Assembly (NCBI GenBank): GCA_003281405.1
Contig: QCCD01000001.1
Coordinates: 68,866 to 132,865 of the forward strand
Reading direction: 5' to 3'
From: Prochlorococcus sp. AG-347-K16
Lineage (GTDB): Bacteria; Cyanobacteriota; Cyanobacteriia; PCC-6307; Cyanobiaceae
Length of the DNA stretch: 64,000 bases
In this document: one piece after another, positions 60,520 to 64,000 of the stretch
How positions within the stretch are numbered: position 1 is the stretch's first letter
How the letters are laid out: each line of letters begins with the position of its first letter
Made by a program: the position numbers and the translations under genes
Notes under the pieces: model-generated
Seen by the model: only the letters and a program-made list of their open reading frames with translations
The model's database searches: none
Told to the model about the DNA's origin: nothing

Positions 60520-61944
60520 CTATCTTCCACCAACAGTTATTGAGTCAACCTTAATATGAGGTTGGCCAACAGTTACGTTGACACTTCCACTGATGGATCC
60601 ACAGAATCCAGGAGCTAATTCGAGGTCATTTCCGCACATTGATATTTTTGGCATAACCTCTTTGGCCTCACCAATCAAAGTTGCTCCTTTTACTGGATTA
60701 GTTAATTTCCCATTTTTAATAAGATATCCTTCTTCTACCGCAAAATTAAATTGTCCTGTAGCACCTACACTGCCTCCACCCATTGATTTGCAGTAAAGTC
60801 CATCACTAATACTATTGATTAAATCCTCTTTCGAGTGCTCACCTTTAGCTATATAAGTATTTCTCATTCGTGAAGCTGCAGCAAAAGAATAATTTTGTCT
60901 TCTTCCACTTCCTGTTCTTTTATGGCCAGTTCTTAATTCACCCGCCCTGTCGGATATAAATTTTTTTAAAATTCCATCTTTTATAAGAACTGATTTTTCA
61001 GGTTCCATACCTTCATCATCTACCGATAATGAACCAAAGGATCCTTCTGAAATCCCTTCATCTATTGCTGTTACAGATTCATGTGCAATTTTTTCATTCA
61101 ATTTATTCTCAAATGGTGTTGTTCCTCTCTCGATTTGAGTAGTTTCAAGTAAATGACCGCAGGCTTCGTGGAATATAACTCCACCAAATTTATTAGCTAA
61201 TACAACAGGCATTTGTCCAGCATCAACATAATCTGCATACAGCATATTCATTGAGCTTTCAAATACATCATTAGCTGCTTTTTCATGATCCCATAATCTT
61301 AATTCATTAGGCATTCCTGAAGATCCAAATCTTCTACTTCCACTAGATCTATATTGTGCATCACTAGCAATTACGTTGAGTCCAACTGTTTGATGCAACC
61401 TAATATCTGAGACATAGGTTCCGTCGCTTGAGGCTATAATTACTTCTTGTAGATTCCTTGAGTAGCTTCCTTTTCTAGTTGTAACTTTATTATTTTTTTT
61501 AAGAGACTTTGTGCTGACTAATAGTTTTTCGCTTATCTCATGAATCGATGGGACTTCATTAATCCAATTTTTCTTGTATAAACTGTAGTCCCTATGTTTA
61601 TCTAGACCATTAAATACTTCTCTTTTTTTATTATCTGTTATGTCTAACATCTCAATAGCCTGAGATACCGATCTCATCAAGCCATTTTTTGTTAAATCAT
61701 TTGTACTTACAAATCCATCCTTATTATCTTTGAAGATTCTAATACCAGCCCCCCTTCCAAATGATGGACTTACACTTGTAATGAAATCTTCTTCAGCTAG
61801 AACGCTTGAGTTGTCTGTATTCTCTATAAATATTTCTACAAAATCAGCCCCAAGTCCAATCCCATAGTAAATAATTTCTTCTAATAAAACTTTATTGCAA
61901 ATACCAAAAATGATTTCATTTGATTTGATTTGTGACGAAAGCAT
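60520..61944 (-). CDS. tldD: TldD family metalloprotease
   Basis: FHEACGHLLE, RMRNTYI, VTVGQPHI. Confidence 0.95.
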   Translation of the reverse strand: MLSSQIKSNEIIFGICNKVLLEEIIYYGIGLGADFVEIFIENTDNSSVLAEEDFITSVSPSFGRGAGIRIFKDNKDGFVSTNDLTKNGLMRSVSQAIEMLDITDNKKREVFNGLDKHRDYSLYKKNWINEVPSIHEISEKLLVSTKSLKKNNKVTTRKGSYSRNLQEVIIASSDGTYVSDIRLHQTVGLNVIASDAQYRSSGSRRFGSSGMPNELRLWDHEKAANDVFESSMNMLYADYVDAGQMPVVLANKFGGVIFHEACGHLLETTQIERGTTPFENKLNEKIAHESVTAIDEGISEGSFGSLSVDDEGMEPEKSVLIKDGILKKFISDRAGELRTGHKRTGSGRRQNYSFAAASRMRNTYIAKGEHSKEDLINSISDGLYCKSMGGGSVGATGQFNFAVEEGYLIKNGKLTNPVKGATLIGEAKEVMPKISMCGNDLELAPGFCGSISGSVNVTVGQPHIKVDSITVGGR

Positions 61945-61976
61945 ATGATTCTATAAAATCTTCTCTGTATAAAAGA

Positions 61977-63146
61977 TTATCTAATCGAAGGTTGGAAATC
62001 TTTGCTATCAAGAGGTTTTAATAAGTATAGTCTTAATAACTGGTAACCGTTTGATAAATATTTAGGTAATTTTTTTAGAATTTTAGATACATTATTTCTA
62101 TCACTGCTTGCTATATCGTAGAGAACCTTATTATTCTCTACTATCTTATCTAATCTTCCATAAAAAGATTTATCATAAACGTCCATTACTACAGGAAAAA
62201 CTCTAGCTGCAGTTTCATTTGTTTTATTAATAACAAACTGGTCATAATCTTTAGCATCTAAACCTAGTGAACTGTAGAAATCTTTTTTAATTCCCAAATC
62301 CCTTGCATACATAGTTGCAAATACAGCTAATAGAAAAAACCTAGACCATAGCTTGGATGTTAATGGAAGATTATTTAAAAAATATCTAAATCTATGAAAG
62401 TAATCAAATAGTGGGTGTGTAAAGGTAGAGCCGCCAATGGTAATTTTTTGACTCAACGATTTAACAGTACGTGGCTGTGCTTTCATCAGTGCATCAAAGA
62501 AATCCCCATGTCTATTTTCATCTTGGCACCAATTTTCAAAATAATTAAATAGTGGAAATATCTTGCTATCTGGATTCTTTTCGAGATGCCTATATATTGC
62601 GATGTATCTCCAATAGCCTATTTTTTCGGATAAATAAGTTGCGTAAAAAATACTTCGTGGCGGGAAATAAGTGTAATCTTTATTAGCTGTTAAAAAACCT
62701 AGATCTAACTGCAGTCCAAAGTCACTCATTGATTTATTCAAAAAACCTGCATGTCTAGCTTCATCTCTGGCCATATGAGCAAAACATTCAGCCAGAAGTG
62801 GGTTTTTAACTTTTATCCTCTTGCTAAGTTCTTTGTAAAGTAAAAAACCTGAAAATTCTGAAGTACAACTTCCCTCGAGAAAATCAACAAAAAGCTCTCT
62901 TGTCTCAGGATCTAATTTTTCTGCAGCGCCTTCAAATTCACTATTTCTTACAAAATGATGCCTATTGTAATCTTTCCTAAATTCCTCACATATAGCTTCC
63001 AATTCCTCCTCGTTTATGGATAAATCCATATTTTCCATTGCCTCAAAGTCTGTGGTATAGAATCTTGGTGACAAAATTGTTTCTTTTGCAGGTATCTTCC
63101 CATTATTAATATCTTTATTTTTTGATTCAACAGTTGATTGAGCCAT
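61977..63146 (-). CDS. acsF: Mg-protoporphyrin IX monomethyl ester oxidative cyclase
   Basis: [33 protein letters not shown] di-iron motifs. Confidence 0.98.
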   Translation of the reverse strand: MAQSTVESKNKDINNGKIPAKETILSPRFYTTDFEAMENMDLSINEEELEAICEEFRKDYNRHHFVRNSEFEGAAEKLDPETRELFVDFLEGSCTSEFSGFLLYKELSKRIKVKNPLLAECFAHMARDEARHAGFLNKSMSDFGLQLDLGFLTANKDYTYFPPRSIFYATYLSEKIGYWRYIAIYRHLEKNPDSKIFPLFNYFENWCQDENRHGDFFDALMKAQPRTVKSLSQKITIGGSTFTHPLFDYFHRFRYFLNNLPLTSKLWSRFFLLAVFATMYARDLGIKKDFYSSLGLDAKDYDQFVINKTNETAARVFPVVMDVYDKSFYGRLDKIVENNKVLYDIASSDRNNVSKILKKLPKYLSNGYQLLRLYLLKPLDSKDFQPSIR

Positions 63147-63226
63147 CTTTTAATTAACTTATTAATACTATTATTTACTATGATTTGTATTTTCGAGGAA
63201 AAAGTTAACTTGGTGTTATTGTTTCT

Positions 63227-63817
63227 CTAATTAACTCCTATTAACTTTTGTCCATTCAATCTCTGAAGTACTCTTGAAATAATTAATTTTAGGGTTATTC
63301 TTTTTTCGTCAATAAGAAAAGATTCAATAATGCTGGGTTTTTGATTAGGTTTTGATAAAGAAATACTTTTTAAAGAACCAATGTCATCCTTCTCAAAGGA
63401 TAACCAGAAGCTACATGTATCTTTAATTTCACAATTTATCACCCAACATTTATCTCCAGCAATAGGTCTATTGGTGTTTTTGAGATTAATATTGTTTATT
63501 TCTAATCCTCTTTGATTAATTTCATCTATAAGAGAGGGAATTAAATGGATGTTAACAAATTCTTGGAAGGGCTTTTTCTCTATTGGGAGTTCTTTTTTTG
63601 GTTTTGTGATAGGTTTGACGGGAGTCTCACTTTCATTATTTAGACCTATCTTAGAAGTAGAATTATTACTTTGGGAATTACCATAATCTTTACCCATATT
63701 AATATCTTTTTCTGATTTAGTTTCTTTTATTTCCTCCGATTTTAATTCAGTTGTGTTATCAGATATTTCTTGATTAGCCTCATTATTTATGTCCAAATTT
63801 TCTTTCATATTAAACAT
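63227..63817 (-). CDS. DUF2996 family protein
   Basis: IEKKPF.EF...IESFLIDEKRITLKLIISRVLQRLNGQK. Confidence 0.9.
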   Translation of the reverse strand: MFNMKENLDINNEANQEISDNTTELKSEEIKETKSEKDINMGKDYGNSQSNNSTSKIGLNNESETPVKPITKPKKELPIEKKPFQEFVNIHLIPSLIDEINQRGLEINNINLKNTNRPIAGDKCWVINCEIKDTCSFWLSFEKDDIGSLKSISLSKPNQKPSIIESFLIDEKRITLKLIISRVLQRLNGQKLIGVN

Positions 63818-63871
63818 TAATTTATTTTATTATAAATTAAAAAACAATATTTTTTAAATTAATTTATTTTT

Positions 63872-64000
63872 CTACCAATCATTATCAGTATTATTCCAGT
63901 CATCTTTATCCTCTGGATTTGAATAATTTCGATCTTTTTTAAAATTATTATCATTCATATTTTTTACTACTCTGTAGTTGACAGAAATAGTTGGTTGAGT
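63872..64000 (-). CDS. 3' end of a gene running off the window
   Basis: Open frame ...TQPTISVNYRVVKNMNDNNFKKDRNYSNPEDKDDWNNTDNDW*. Confidence 0.65.
   Translation of the reverse strand, partial: TQPTISVNYRVVKNMNDNNFKKDRNYSNPEDKDDWNNTDNDW

Noticed and set aside
37230-60796. Track ORFs 37230.., 37512.., 38738.., 40268.., 41917.., 47685.., 49114.., 50835.., 56075.., 57515.. and 60578..
   Set aside because: All lie antisense to or out of frame within well-identified core genes.

Overview
AT-rich cyanobacterial DNA, most likely a high-light Prochlorococcus marinus chromosome. This assignment is inferred from the very low GC, the compact gene packing and the picocyanobacterial gene set (chlH, acsF, petP, Psb34-like, CGLD27). 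The left half (~1-35 kb) is an accessory-rich region. A few housekeeping genes (dusB, gpx, purT, pepN, rpsU, an ABC exporter) sit among dozens of small hypothetical or membrane ORFs, and I read many ORFs under 60 aa by hand that the supplied track misses. This half also carries a membrane-anchored Mrr-type nuclease, an HNH nuclease, a frameshifted TM2 gene, two coding tandem repeats and a candidate ~130-nt sRNA. At 22.4-27.3 kb there is a cluster of putative nucleotide/cofactor salvage or repair genes (MTHFR-fold protein, renalase-like oxidoreductase, uridine-kinase-like protein, HhH protein, deoxyribosyltransferase, PRTase) behind a LexA-like box. An initiator tRNA-Met (35281-35357, minus) marks the start of the core right half: asparaginase, rsfS, carB, MsbA-like ABC, tpiA, folP, chlH, dapB, mfd, fmt, pmbA/tldD and acsF. 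I saw no integrase, transposase or CRISPR array. All family calls come from recognising motifs by eye; no database search was run.
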